A DNA stretch of 64,000 bases from Blastocystis sp. Blastoise (GCA_039096225.1 JBBPEB010000020.1:62001-126000); one strand, 5' to 3'. Shown: positions 43,040-61,857, counted from the first letter of the stretch. Translations and numbers: made by a program. Notes: generated by a model not told the origin, from the letters alone.

Positions 43040-43840
43040 TCATTATTATCTATATATTAAAATTTATATTAAAATTTATGTTATTATTATTATATATATA
43101 TATATATAATTCTGATCAAGTTTGTGAGAATTTGGAAATTATTATTATTTATATATTTAACATTAATATTTATTTATTTGTGCTCTAAACAATCTTTGCT
43201 GTACAATTTTATATTTAATTCTATATATATATTTATTTGTTTATTGATATCTATTGTATTGTTCAATACAATTTATATTAATAATTTGGGGATTTAAGAA
43301 AATATTTTTATAATATTTATATCGTTTTTTTTTAAATATAAGAATATAAATAGTTATATATATATGTTTTCTTTGTTTTCTTTTTCTATGTATATCTGAA
43401 TCTTTTTTCTCTTTTTCGTTTTCCTTTTTTTTATAAATTTTTATAGCAATAATCATATATAGTATTCGCCAACGTATCTTTATTTCAATGTATATTATAT
43501 ACTATTATATATCTTGTTTTATTTCTTATATATGTATATCTCTATTTGTTATCCTATTTTTTTTATCAATAAATATATGTTCATTAATTTATATATATGA
43601 TTATTCAATATGTTATTACCATTAATGAGTATTGTTTAGTTGTGTGAATATATAAATATATAAGATAACAAAAATAAGAAATATATAATTACATGAAATT
43701 ATTGGAAAATGGAAAAGAAAAATAATTCGTGAGAAATAAAATATATATATATATATTTATAATTAAAAAAAAAAGCAAATATATAATAAGCTAAATAATT
43801 ATATTTAAAAAATGATTCTGTATATATATATATATATATA

Positions 43841-44110
43841 TTAAAGGAAATAATCCGGAGGATGAGTCTTTTTAGGGAGTTTTCGATCTTCATTTGGCAT
43901 AGCCTCAAATATCTATATATATATGATTAATATATATATATATATATATGGAATGAATTATATATATATATATGGAAATGAATATTTATATATACGATGA
44001 ATTTTTGTTGATTTTGTTCATCAAGAACTAAAATAGAAGCTTTATTACCACATCTAGATAAATAGTAGTTAAATAATAATAATAATAATAATAATAATAA
44101 AGATGATGAC

Positions 44111-44165
<55 letters not shown>

Positions 44166-45367
44166 TAGCAATACCTATAGCAATAATTAGGTGCACTCCA
44201 GACTGTACAGAGGGATTTATCGAACATCCAACGATATCCCTCCATAACCAATTGGTGGGCACGAAGTATTAACGAGAAATTATTATTATTATTAAACTAT
44301 ATAATAATAATAATAACTATTATTATGTTTAAAAAATTTAAAAAATATATATAAACAATATAAAACTATTCTATTATAAAAATATTCTTACTTTAGCAAC
44401 TTGATCTCCACCAAAGAAATACCCTGCTCCCCGCGGGGATAATCCCCATCCTTCAATATCTTCAGGGTCTGACCATAATAAATCACACATAGTACCGTCA
44501 TGAGGTAATTCTTGCTTACGATCAATATATTTTAACTATATATACATATATACTTTTATTAATAATATTATAAAAAAATAAAGATATTATTGATTATTTT
44601 CATAATCCGCAATATACATCTATTATAACTTGTAATTATATATACAAAATCAACTATATACTTGATTGGCATGTAGAATCATAGGTGATAATCCTCCATG
44701 AACACAAAATGTCTTCTCATCAATAATAGCAGCTAATGGTAAATAGTCACAAACATCAGTACAATATCTCCAAACATCAACATTCTCATATTTCCTTAAA
44801 CATTCATCATAAAATCCATAAACCTGAGTAATTTGACGAGATTCATGATTACCACGTAATAACGTGATTCGATCAGGATATCGTACTTTGAGAGCAAACA
44901 ACAATAATAATGTTTCAATACTAAAATAACCACGATCAACATAATCACCTAAGAATAAATAATGTGTATCTGGACATTGACCACCAACATTAAATAATTG
45001 CTTCAAATCATAAAATTGTCCATGAATATCACCACATACCTATAAATAATGAATAGACTAAATTATACAAATACAAAAAGAAAAACATAAAATAAAAAAA
45101 AAAATCAAATATATGTGTGAATATTGTTATTATAAACTAAATATTATGTAAAACATACTGTAATAGGAGTATTTAAATATTGTACATTTTCTTCAGCATC
45201 CAATATCACCTTAACGTGTTCACATAGAATTCGTACCTCCTCTGTTGATATTTGTTCACAATTATAAAGCTGTATATATGAATTATATGTAATGAATAAT
45301 AAAAATAGAATAGTTCTAATTCAATTACTCGTTCAAGTTGACGATCTAAATCACTTGAATGACTCAT
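43841..45367 (-). CDS. PPP4C: PP2A-family phosphatase catalytic subunit, PP4c-like, 7 exons
   Basis: [66 protein letters not shown] and C-terminal PDYFL*. Confidence 0.88.
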
Positions 45368-45979
45368 TTGTTAGTTTTTTTTGCTTAGATTAGATAGAAA
45401 TAAAGTATTGTATATCTAAAATAAACAATATTATAGAAAAAAACTAATTTTAACTTATTTCTATATATTTTAAATTAGAAGCTGTTTTCTTTATAGGAAA
45501 TTAACACTTTTCGAAATTCACGATTAATCATTGGTTTTAAGAAGAGAAATTCATAATTTTCATAATTCAATTTCTTCTTAAAGAAAAGTCATTTAATGAA
45601 GTTATTTTGGTCAATATGATGTTTTATTTAATTAAAAATAATCTGAAATACCCTATAATAGTAATTAAATTTAGTAAAATTAAAATAAAATGACGAAATA
45701 ACAATGAATTATATTGATTTCATGTTGTTGTGTGTGTTATATGATTATGAGAAAATTGAGATTTTGTAAAATAAATGCTCCTATTCACAAATTTTATTTT
45801 AGTAAAAATTTTTTATTAGCTACTTTCAACCTAAGAATAAAAATCAATTCTTTCTTTTTCATTTTCAATTTCTCTTTATTTTCATTTATGTATGATAATA
45901 AGCTTCTAATTCTTTATTTCTTATTTTTCTTTATGTATAATATCTTTATATATGTATAGAATAAGAGAAACTAAGAAAC

Positions 45980-46990
45980 ATGCCCCGAGATTTAAGGAGA
46001 GAATCTCTAGTTGATGCGTCAAAATACTTAGAGGAAGGAATGGTGACATTTCATGGAATAGAGGCAAAAGTACATTGCTCTATTTCTAAAGAACGTTTGG
46101 TAATGTTTCCAGATAGTTGGCTTTATGAGATTTGGTTAAGAGGTGATGATGCAGGAAATAAGGAATTTTTTACTGGATATTCTGAACGTAATTTAGAATG
46201 GATTATTTCTTCTATGAGAGGAGAACATCTTAGTATCGATTTGAAAACAAATGAAGAATTGCAACTATTGGTTGATGACTTTCGTGATCTAGATGTAGAA
46301 CCTCCTCAATATGTTTTAAACCGAATATCAAATGATAATTGGAATAATGGTTCAAAAGGAATCTATGATAATCTTAAGTTGTTAAATAATAATAATAAAG
46401 AGAATCAGATCATGTTAAATGAATTATATATGTTAATGAGTAAAATGAATACATCACTTGATACTTTGAAGAAAGATAATGTTTCTCTTAATAAAGAAAT
46501 AACTCAATTAAAAACAGAAAATACTACATTAAAGAATGCTATTAATGATATAAAATCTTCTGTAAAAGCTATTGCTAATGATGATAGCACATATAGGTCT
46601 ATCAGAAGTATTAATTCAACTACCGAAGATATTAATAGTAGTATAAAAAACGTTAAAGAAGAAATTACAAAAATAAAAACAAAAGTTGAAAGTATTTCAA
46701 CTTCTGTTTCTTTCTCTAAATCTGATGTTACAAAAATGAATGGGTTTGAGAATAGTACTATATTAGATAGAAATACTGAATATATAGAATCATTATTAAC
46801 ATGGCTTGGCATGAGAAAAAAATGGAAATTATTATATAGAGCTAAAAGTAATTCTTTTTCTGTGTCTAAATTTCATAAATATTGCAATAATAAAGGTGAA
46901 ACAGTAACTCTTATTAAGCATATAGGTACAAAAAGACAAATTAATATATTTGGAGGATATACAAATCAAAGTTGGGAATCACCTTCAAAT

Positions 46991-47031
<41 letters not shown>

Positions 47032-47415
47032 AATTGTAAAATAATTGGTAGTATATATATTATATACATTATATACATTATAAATAAATTGATTAATATA
47101 GAATGGAAATCATATTCTAAAGAGTTTCTATTTACTTTAAGTAATGAACATGATATTCCTCCTACTAAATATAGTTACACAAGTTCTAATAAGGATTATG
47201 CTATATGTTGTCGTTATGATTTTGGCCCTAAATTTGGTACTGATATATGTTTATCTGATGATTGTAATCGTAATAAAGATTCTTATTGTAGAGCACAATC
47301 TTTTGGAGAATATTATACAACTGAAGAAAGTTCTTTATTTGTGAATACAGGTGATACCAATTCTACTAATTATTTTACTGTTGATGATTATGAAGTATGG
47401 GGAAGAGATGAATAA
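45980..47415 (+). CDS. BTB-like N-terminus, coiled coil and TLDc domain protein, 2 coding exons
   Basis: TLDc motifs WKLLYRA..FHKYCNNKGETVTLIK, IFGGYT, EFLFTL, GPKFG and VDDYEVWG. Heptad-rich middle region; FPDSWL BTB-like motif. Intron about 46995-47101. Confidence 0.85.
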
Positions 47416-47852
47416 TATAGATATGCTTTTTTTAATGTTTTTATTATTATATATTGTTTAATCAATTTTTATGGTATATTGATAATTTTTATAATATACA
47501 TATTTAATATCTTCATTATTAAATGTATTCTTATCATTATATATCTCTATGAATAAACAATATTAATAACGTTATTTTTTTTGTAATCTGAAATTTGTTT
47601 TGTTTATTTATATTAAACTGCATTTATTTAATTGGTATGATTGAAATAAAATTAATAATGCTTACAATAAGTTACTTTTTAAGGCCATTTTAATATAATA
47701 TTTCCAAATTACAAAACAATCATATAAAAAGTGAATATGAAAGTATCTTAAAAAAATGAAAAATATAAAGTTAAATATATAAAATATATTAAATAAAATA
47801 GTATATATTTATATAAAAATTTTTATTACCATATATGATATATTTTCATTCT

Positions 47853-50540
47853 TTATTTATAATAGTTGGCATATAATTTAGAGTAATGATGATCAATATA
47901 TTCTTGAAATAAACTCATTTCTTTATCAATTGATGTAAACGAACAACAATTATTATTATAAGAATTATCTATTTGTTATAATAATAATAATAATAATAAT
48001 AATTTATATGAATATACTTATTATATTCATAATTATAATATAATAAATATAATAAATACTTGATAACCAAATACGTACGTAAGTCATATAAGGGAAAGAT
48101 ATCTTAATCAAATATGCAAATTTATTTAAATATTCCGAATCAATTATGCCTTTAAAAAAATAATAATTATATATATATGATATATATGATAATAATTTTT
48201 TATACATACATAAAGATAAGCGTTTAATATTCTTTGTATAATCTAATTGAAGTTGAGTATATATATATTTGGAATATATTATTGCATCTGAATACTCAAA
48301 ATCATTATACATTAATATAGAACTCACATGCTTATGAAGATAATTAGCCAAAGAAGGAAAAACTGTAAATACATTATATTTATCTATATACATATGGTTA
48401 ATAATAATATAATCTTATACATTACAGATGAATTAATATAATAATAATTATATATATATAGAATAAAGATATAATACAGTCTCCAAAATAGATAAAAAAG
48501 GTGTCAAGAGAGAGAAATGGTAGTTCTGAAAAATTAGAAAATTGCTCAATAAATGACAAAAAGGTCTTTAAATTAAAGTTACAAGTATCTATATATAGCA
48601 TATATAGTATATATATGATATATGTATAATATATGTATAATATATATATAGTAATAACAGTACAGTAGAATTTTATTACTAAATGTTTGAGTTTGAACAT
48701 AACATTATGCTGTAAATAGTTAAATAAACCATTGTATATCATTTCAGTCTCCCTATCATTATCTATATATAGAATATATATAATATATAATATATATAAT
48801 ATATATATATACCTAATCTGATAGTTAAAGATTCTATATTTCTCCAGAGGGGTAAATTTTCACATTTAGGATTCAGAAATATATAATTTGTAATAAAAGG
48901 AACTATATATATATAGAGAAAAGAATTATTTATACATATAAATGATTCGTAATTATATATATAAGAACATAATATAAGTATTAATAATAATTGATTATAA
49001 TCATTCAGTAGATAAAAAATTTTATTAAAAAATATTATTATTAGCTAAAACTTAAATAAAAATATCAATACTATTTTATTAGTAAATAGTGATATTAATA
49101 TATAAAAGCAAATAAATTATATAAATATCTACATATATAAAACAATATATACTTATTTCTAATTCCATTAGATTATCCGAGAATAATGACAAGAAATGAA
49201 AAAGAGTTGTATCCATATCTTCTGTAAATGAATAATTTATTTTATTATAATGAGACATAATACATTCCAAATGGTCTTTATATATTTATAATCGAGAGTA
49301 TACACTTTTATATGAATTACATATTTAAATAATATATTTGAATAATATATTTAAATAATATATAAATAATATATATAAATAATATATATAAATAATATAT
49401 ATAAATAATATATTTGAATAATATAAATATACTTATTAATAATTTTTGAACATTACTATAGGATCCTGAACAAAGAAAAGAAAATAAATCATAAAATGAT
49501 GAAAATGGTTCTTTCAAAATACATGTATTTACTAAATAAAATAAATAAATAAATACATGTACAAATATAGAAATAAATGAATATACTAAATATTAAATCT
49601 AATAATAATATAAATAAACTGTGAATATAGTAAATAATAAATATAATAATAATTTAAATAATTCTAAAAATAATATATATACTTGAAATAATGAGCGTTT
49701 TTAGTTGTTTATAGTTCATTTGTTGATATATAGTTTTTAAATTATTCATCACTTCAGGTATAAGTCTATCTGTTTCTGTAGAAAAAATTGATAAAAATAT
49801 TTAAATATATATATAAATTACTAAAAAAAAGAGTATTGAAATTACAATTGTTGAAATTATAATTTAAATAATCATGAAAATCAGATTGACCAAGTGATGC
49901 TATATATAAATAAAACTTAATGAACATATATTATTATAATATATATATATATATATATATACAATGTAAAAAAGTATCTATATATAATAAGCCGTCATTG
50001 AATAGTTTTTCCCATGAATAATTCCAATTGTTAATAGAGAAATTAGCTATATAATAAATAATAATAATAAAAAATATATATATACTATGAATATGAAATT
50101 GGTGTTTTTGTTTTGCAAGAATAAAATGATTAACAATCGTTTCACTCAAATGAATAGTATAACAAGGATATGATTTATTAATATGAATATTATCTATTAA
50201 TTCAAGTAATGAAAGAGGAAATAAATTTAATAATAGTTTTTCTTCATTTTCATTAGAAAGTGAATTCATTTTTGTTATTATATATATAGATAATTTAGGG
50301 AAATTATTTCGTGTTATTAAAGCTAATATACTTTGCAGTAGATTTATATTAGAATCTGATATTAAATAGCCTATAGAAAAGTGAATATAATATTATGATA
50401 GATATATTATTAAATATTATTTACTAGTATGTTATATATATACTATTTATTTCTAGAGTAGTAACATTAGGAAAAACATGAGTAGTAATTATATCTTTAA
50501 ATAATTGTATATATTCAGGATACATGGATGCTCTTATAAC

Positions 50541-50571
<31 letters not shown>

Positions 50572-52678
50572 TTTATTCAATATGTAGTTTATATATATAT
50601 AATATATACATTATATACAATATAAGGGATTAATAATTTTAAGAGTATCAAAAAGTCCATGATATAGGGATTGTAATAAAACAGGTGTAGTTACTTGAAG
50701 TTTAGAAGAACAATCTATATAACATATTATATACATAGTATATAATATATAATAGTATTATATATATAGTTATATACATAAATAAGTGAAACCAAATAAT
50801 TCTTTGCATATTGGTAAATTTAATATATAGTTAAATATAGTATTATTTATTGATTTTGAATGTATTTTAAAATCCGCTATTAATGAGTTATTAATACTAT
50901 ATACATATATATATCGTAAATGAAAGCAAGTATTATAATATATATATTTATTAATAATAAATAAATATATATACTTTAATATAGGATGTTCAAAATCACA
51001 TTCTATACATATATATATATACTTCTAATATAAATTAAACATAGTAAGCTAATAATTGCATCATGTTATAAATTATTTCATATATATATATAAATACTAA
51101 TTAAATGAATATAATAAATATATATATACCATTAGTTGAATTAAAAAATATAAAATTAAATAATACAAACTACATTTCTTACTGAAATTAAAATAAAGAA
51201 AACAATCAATTTGGTCATGTTTTGTATATTCACGGATATCATCATAAATAGACTCTATATATAACACAGGTTTATTTTCTTCTTTTTCTTTTTTTATTTC
51301 TTCATCAATATCTATAGGTATAATCTCATGATGAATATCGGCTTTTATTATATTTATATTATGCATATAATTAGTATATTCATATATATTATTTTTATTA
51401 CGATTATTATTATGATTATTATTATTATCATTATTATTATTATCATTATTATTATTATCTGAGATATTATTATCTGAGATATTATTATCTTGTGAACTTA
51501 TAAATATTTGTTTTCTTTTTAATTTACAATATTCAATCTCAGGATTATTTTGTTTATATGTCTCATAAGCATCAGGATAATAAGTATGATAATATTGTCG
51601 TTTATATTCTTTATATAATACATTATAATGAGGATCTGAGGGAATTATTGGAACAAATCTCTTTTTATGACGATAATAGGCTGTATATGATGATAAACAT
51701 AATAAAAACATAATAAAAACATAATAAACATAATAAAAACATAATAAACATAATAAAAACATAATAAAACAATATAATAAAACAATATAAACATAATAAT
51801 AAACATAATAAACATAATAAACATAATAAACATAATAAACAATATAAACATAATAAACATAATAATATCATATATATACGTTTTATTGAATATTCTTTTA
51901 TTTTAGGGAATAGTTCATGTAGATTTGATGGATATATATATTCATAAGGAATATCTTCATGAAAATCATCTATATATATATATATTAAAAATATATCTAT
52001 TCAAATAAATATTTATATACATATTAATATAACATTTGTAACATTATATAAATAAAATAACTTGGAATAACTTACTAGTAATGTATTTTCTATTTCTGTT
52101 ATAACACCTATATATATATATATATATATATACATATATATTATTACTAATATACCATAAATTAATAATTTTCGTTCATAAGAATAATCATATAGAATAT
52201 TTTTATCATAATCTTTATCAAGACTTTTAGCAACGCTTAATTTTAACTTATAGGAATAATTATTTTCTAAAAATTCATTTAATTTTGTTGTTAAAGAGAA
52301 TTCAATTAAATTCGATATATCATAGGCTTCTTCGCCGAAAAAATAGATTATATCTGTAAACATAGAATAAACTTCATTGACTGATAAAGACTCAAGAGTA
52401 ATTTTACTTTCCATAAATAATAATAAATGTCGTATCGATAAAGGAGGTGAATCCATATAATAAGAATCTTCAGAATCTAAATAATTTTCTTTATTCTTGT
52501 ATGCCTATGAGAATAATGAATTCGGAAACTTATTTATAAATATTAATGGAACACAAATTGTACTTTCATCTTGAAATTTGAAGCTAATTAAGTCTGGAAC
52601 ATAATCAGCAAGAAATGTGATATCACTAAGATCATTGTCGTATAACTTATCCGAAATTCTCAGAGGTAACTGTGACAT
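47853..52678 (-). pseudogene. BTB/POZ-like, LRR-like multi-exon gene, intact except one in-frame TAG (recent pseudogene, readthrough or base error)
   Basis: ATG at 52678. BTB-like FKFQDESTICVPLIFINKFPNSLFS*AYKNKENY..YYMDSPP with TAG at 52505-52507. All downstream exons (DFHEDIPYEYIYPSNLHELFP, HVFPNVTTLEI, NFPKL) can be spliced GT-AG in frame to TAA at 47853. Confidence 0.6.
51692..51863. repeat. Intronic (AAACATAAT)n-type 9-11-bp tandem repeat
   Basis: Repeated AAACATAAT/AAAAACATAAT units. Confidence 0.9.
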
Positions 52679-52869
52679 TATTTCTTTATAGTCTATTATA
52701 AAATATAATTATCATAATATTAACATAATCACAATTTATTTTAATAAATAAATCTCTTTAATAGTTGATAATCAATTATGTTTTTGAAAAAGAAAAATAT
52801 ACATAAAAAAAGTTTCATATTTATTAAAGTGTGATAATTCTACTAAATTGTTTCATTATTTGTGGATTT

Positions 52870-54935
<2,066 letters not shown>

Positions 54936-56685
54936 TTATTCTACCTATATTTTTAATTATATAAATATATATATTACAATAATTTGATTATTTATAAAAA
55001 TAGTTTGTGTTGTTAATCAATTAAAAGGATGATAAAATTATTATTGTTTTTTTAAATACAATAATATGAATTAATTGATTCAATATTTATAGCGATACAT
55101 TAATAAAATTTTGAATAGAATAATATATATATTATTAGTGTTTTGACTGTTGATTCGTGAATATAATTCATACAACTGTTCCAATAATATCCAGTGATAA
55201 AGAAAAACTAGCTAAATGATTTATTTATACAGAATTACTTAACAGATAATGTTATATTATAAGGATTATTCTATCAAAATATCTATAAAACATATACAAA
55301 GTAGATTTATCAAAAAGAAATCCAAAATGATCTAAAATAGTTGAAGAAAGCATAAATATCTAATTCTGATTCTCTAGAATGATACTCAAGACAATGTAAT
55401 AAATATTTGGTATGCTAGATTCATAAATATCAACATTCATGAAAAGAAATTATTAAATTACTATCTACGAAACGATTCTAACTATTTGATAATAATCAGT
55501 AGCATATATATTCATTGAACAATAGATAATCATACTAAAATATACTAAACGAGTTGTAAGAAATTGAAAAAAAGAAGGTTAAATTATAAATGATATAAAT
55601 ACATAGGTAGACAAGTGTTACATGAGTATTTTCTGAGAATAATAAAAAAGTGAAAATATATATTACACCTTACAAACAATTATCTAAAAAATCAGTTTAA
55701 ACCATTTTCAGAGTATTGCTGATTTTTATTATTCAATTTTTTTTTAAGATGTCTTTAATAATTTATATTGTTTAATTAATGATTAATTATCCATTATTCA
55801 TGCTGAACCTGTAATTTTCTGTATCTGTGATACAAATTATCAATCTTATTTCAAGTAATTCGCATTTTTTATCTTTGATCACGCTAGTTATTGCTCTCAG
55901 AATAATTAATAATCATTTAAAATATTGTTTTAATAATAAGAGAATTGATTATTCAATAAAATAATGTATTTTTTAGTTCTGTTTGAGAATAAAACGTTTT
56001 TATTTTCCACGAAACTATTCGCATGTGTCTTGGCATATATCATATTTACTCATACATGATAAATTAAAATGTTCATAACCCATTATAAACCACAAATTAT
56101 TTCAACACAGCTCTTTTATTATTCATAATTATGTAATCAAGAAGATACAAAAAGCTCATAATCCTACCAAATGCATACTTTTAGTTCTATTCAACAAAAA
56201 ACACAGAGTAGCATAAAATCTCCTTATAACGCTGCTGTTTTCAATCAAATAAAGGTTAACTACTATAAGAAAGTAATTAACTTATTTTTTATTATACACA
56301 AATACAACAAACTCAATGATTATTTAAATAAACAAAAGAAAACAAACCAAAATATATTTTTTAAAATAAAATCAAAATACCCGTAAAAATATACACAAAT
56401 GTAGGTATCAATTTAAAAATATCCGTGAATATAAAACAAAAGAGACTCATCTTTATATGAATCAAAATGTTTCATTTTTGTAAAATAGGAATCGCCAATC
56501 AAGTGGTCAATATCTATGAAACAACCAATAATATTCCGTTTATTATGGTTCCAAAATGTTTGCTCTGATGGACGCATCGGTATACTCCATATAATAGAAC
56601 AATCAGGACATTTATGTAATCCACAGGTTACATATGAATTTTAAAAATATTTTATTTAAAAATTAAAAAAGAGTTGTTTTTATAG

Positions 56686-59600
56686 ATGAAAGTATCAATA
56701 ATTATCTTCTATTGCTTGATTGCACTTCATTGTATGTTTATTAGCTTGTCTTTCTTGAACTGAAATGGAATTATTGTTTCTAATTATTATGCTATTTAGG
56801 TGTTCAAGCTTGCTCTAGTAATGAACATGAGCTTATTGTTCAGAGAACTTATATGAAGAATGCTGGTGAAATCATTCAACTTTATTCTGGCGAATCTACT
56901 AATTTAAGAAATAGTCTTGTTTTCTATGATGAATCTATTGATTCTCAAGACTCTGTAGTTGATTACAAAGTCTGCTTAGATGGAAACACCAATTATAGTC
57001 TTGAACTATCTTCAATGTATATTATTTTTGTTAATAAATATTTTTTTGTAGGAATTCTTCTGCTTGGATTGATGGCTCTTTTGTTAGTTTGATGTATAAT
57101 AAAATAATTCTCGTCAACTCTCGTGTAAATGCTGATGACAATGGAAAGAAAATCATTAAGTTTAATTGTATATTTTATTTAATAATATATATATATATAT
57201 ATATTATTTATATAGTATCTTCTCTCCTTTCTTCAAGAATGAATTGGAAATATTCCACTACTGTTGATGCTTTTTCTTGGAAGGAAAATAAGATAGAAGA
57301 ATGGGGTGAAGACTATAAGAATAAAGAAATAAAGAATGCTGGCTATAGTGTTTATTTTAGAAAGGATATAACTGTAGATAACTATTTTACTATTCTTCAG
57401 TTAGCTGTTCAAAGTCAAAGTGAATTTATTGTTTATGTAAATGGAATTCAAGTGTATACTTATTTATTACCTGAATCCTCAAACACCACTCAATATACTC
57501 CTTCTCAATCTCTTGAAGATGTTTCTACTTATAAACAGTATATATAATATATATTATTGATTTCTATATAAATATTTCTATAGTATTATCGTTCCAAAAG
57601 AATTACTTACTTCCTCTGTTTCTCTTACTACATTGAAAATAGCTATAGAATTACATACTACTGCTGATCATTCTGAACTTCTTTCTTCTTTTGATATTCT
57701 TACTTATATTACGAATTCTAAAGGTATATACATATATAAATATATTAATAGTATATGCTTTATAGATTCTATGGATACCCTCTCTATGATTGCCTCTCGA
57801 AAACTACAGGATATTCTTCCTACATACACTATGTATGCCTTTTTCAATGGTAAAATTATTGATTTCTCTTCAATAATATATTCTTCATTATCGAATTGTA
57901 ATATATCTCCTGACTTACCTACTGGTTTATTTTTATCTTCTAATGGTATTCTTTCTGGTACTCCTAAAGAAGTTGTAAATACTCAATATACTCTTTCTTA
58001 TAATTATGATATATATGGTAGTTCTTCCGGTAAATATGCATTTAATCTTCAAATATTATGTTATCCAGATATTTGTGCACATATACGTATTAATAGAATC
58101 ACAACAGCTTCTGCTTCTTATGAAAAAGTAATTATTAAATCAGAAGATGGAAATGAGATAGCTACATTAATTCAAGATAATGATTTGAATCAAAATTATG
58201 ATTATTATGGTCCTGTAGGTATCTGGTCTTTTGAATTATCATCAAGTAATAATAAAATTTGGAATACACATTCATATATGATTATTTCTAGAATAGATGA
58301 TATAAATAATAATGTAATAAATATAACAAAAATGAAAATTATGAATAAGACTCCTGAAATTCATTACGTTAATACTTTTTACTCCATATTAATGAAATCT
58401 CAATGGAAATATAATACTTATGATTCTATACCTACAGAATGGTATGGATCTTCTATTGATGATTCTACTTGGTCTACTACTAATGGTGGTACTGTTATTA
58501 CTCCTACTGATACGAATCAATATTTTGTATTCCGTAAAACTATTAATATTCCTTCTATTACTAATCAAAAAGGTTTTATATTAAGTTATAAATCATTATC
58601 TAATACAAAAATTTATATAAATGATCATTTAGTAGCAGTGGATGGATTTTTATATAATTATCAATCATCAACAACTTCTTCTACATATATACAGCAAACA
58701 TCAACAGGTCCTCTTTCTGTTTTTGATCAATTAAATTCTATTACTATTTCTGTATTAATATTTGATAAGAATCATGATATAAATATATATTTTGATGCAT
58801 CTCTTCTTATGTTTGTTGATTCTAGTCTTCCTGTATATGCTGAATTCTCTATTTCTAGTAATGCAAGAACAACCGTTAATCCTACTGATATCATAGATTT
58901 TGATAGTTCAACTTATGGTATATTTAACACTGTTACTGGAAGGAATCTTGAATTGTTATTATATACTACTGATGGATATAAGAATATTACTAGATATTGT
59001 ATAACTTATGGGGATGATTATTATTATGCACCTACTGCTTGGTATGTAGAATCTATTTATGAGGTATATAAAACAAATCTTCATTCTACAGTGAATTCTG
59101 CATTCAGTTCTTCTTTTGAATCTAAAAGACAATGTTTCTTCTTATCAAATGTTAATTATTCTATTAATAAACTACAATTCATATTTACAAATAGTAATAC
59201 AAAGAAAAATACTAATAATTATTATATTAGTGAAATTGAATATTTTGTAGATGATTTAGTACCAGAATCTTTACCTTCTTTTTCTCTTTCTTCTAATCCA
59301 TCTATTGTATATGATAATACTACAATCGCTGTTTCTATTACAAATTTTGAATATTATAAAGATTTTATTATTACTCCATCTCTTCCTGATGGAATTTCAT
59401 TAGATATAAACTCAGGATTAATTTATGGTATTATTCATGGAACAGAAGGAACTACAGAGTATAGGATTACTGGTATTTCTATTTTAGATACAACACAAAC
59501 AACTATATTTACAATTCAAATAAAATCATGTTTATTTCCAAAGACACTTGTGAATATACAATTAGATTTTACAACAGATGACAATACAGTTACAATGAGT

Positions 59601-61817
59601 AATGTTAATGAAGGTATTTTTAGTCATCCTATATATAATCTTGGTTTAATACATTCTGAAGAATATATTAGTTGCTTAAATCCAAATCAATATACATTGA
59701 AATATTCAGGAACTATCTCTAGTAATAAACTAAAATCATCTATTTATATTAATAATAAATATTTTGGATATTTAGAATTTGGACAAACAATGTATTTATC
59801 TTTTAAACAATTTGTTGACTCTTCTAAGATGCCTATTGTTTATTCTTATGATAATATAACTCCTCCTAAACATTGGAATACTAATCTATTTAATGATAAT
59901 ATATGGTCTACTGTTCCTTCTTCTTCTTCTCTTCCTGATGTTCCTGAAGATAGCATTACTCAATATTATAGAATACATTATACTATAGAGAATATACCAA
60001 CTAATATAAATAGATTTGATATAAATATATCTACATATGCAGGAATGATACTGTATATAAATGGAATAGAAATAAGAAGATTTAATATGATTAATAGTGA
60101 TTCTATCAATTATAATACATTAGCTACTTCTGAATATACTGAATATAAATCAATTAGGTCCATTATAAGTGTATTTATGAATCCTAAAATACTTTTTATA
60201 GGTGATAATATTATAGCTATTGAAATACACAAACAAAATACTATTATTCAACCATCTAATGGCTTTTATATATCATTAGACTTTTTAATAAATAATGATT
60301 CTCCTACAATAAATGGAGAATGGTCTTTAAATGGTATAATAGATGAAGATTATCCTTTAAGTGATATTACTGATGGTATAGCAGGTAGTTATGTTTTAGC
60401 AAGTCGTAATTGTGTTGATAGTATTTTTAAATATACTATTTCTAATGATATTCTGATTACATATAATCATTATCAAGTACTTGCAGATAATAATTATTAT
60501 CAATCTTATATTCCTATATCCTTTAAGATAGAAGCATCAAATGATAATTGGAATACATTTGTAGAATTAGATGAAATAAATGATCAAGATCCTGAATATT
60601 ATAATTTAAATAAAGAAATTAATAATAAAGAAATTTATTCTTCTTATCGTCTTTATGTAACAAAATGTGGTGAAGATATTTATGGTTTTGCTGATGGAGA
60701 AATGGTATGTTTAAATGAACTTAATTTTAGTTATATAAATCCTAATTCATGTAAAATAAATGGATGGTCTTATGCATTATTCAATGAATATTCATATAAA
60801 ATATGTCCTCAAGGTTATACTAGTAATACTAAACGTTTATGTACTTCTAATGGGTTACATACTATAGAAGGAGATGATATATGTATATCTATTATACCTT
60901 CAGAAATTCATTTCCAAAATACACATATTATTATGTTTGTGAATCATGAATATGAGCAATATTATACTACTGATGCTAATAATGTTATTTTTTCTATTAC
61001 TCCTTCTCTTCCTGAAGGCATTACAATAGATACTACATCTAAAAAACTCTATGGTACTCCTACTACTGTTTCTACTACTACTACATATAGTTTATCTTTT
61101 ATAAATAAAGATAATATTGAAACAACTTATGAAATTGATATATCAATTGAAGAAAATATTTGTGAATCTGATGGAATATGGCCTCAAACTAAAATGTTAG
61201 CATATGCCTATAGTTCAACATGTCCTATTGGATATGATGGTTTTGTTAAAAGATATTGTAATAATATGGGTGAATGGGAAGAACCTAATACTAGTGAATG
61301 TATATTTAGTTCTATTCCTTGTACTGGTACTACTTATTATAATGGTAATGAATGTGTAGAGTGTATAAATGGTTATGTAACTTCATTAAATGGTAATAAT
61401 ATAAAATGTACTCCTTGTTATGATAATGAATATGTATATAAGAATCAATGTATTTCTAAGGATGCTATTTGTACTACGAGTACTATTGATTCTTCTATAT
61501 ATCCTGAAACTAAAGTTGGAATGATTGCAGTTGTCAATTGTACTAATGAAAATCAATATGGTTATTATCATATATTATGTGATTATATAAATAATACACC
61601 TACTTGGTCAACTAATATCAATAAAGATCTTTGTTATTCTCGACCTGTTTCTATTCCTGGTAAAGCTTTAGAATCATTAGATTATTCTATGCAACTTAAG
61701 ACAACTATTGATGATATTTATTCTTTATTAGAATCTTTAGCTAGAACATTTATTCATACTTATAAATATCAACTTACAGATCTTCTTCTTACTACAAACT
61801 ATACAACTAACGATGAA

Positions 61818-61857
<40 letters not shown>

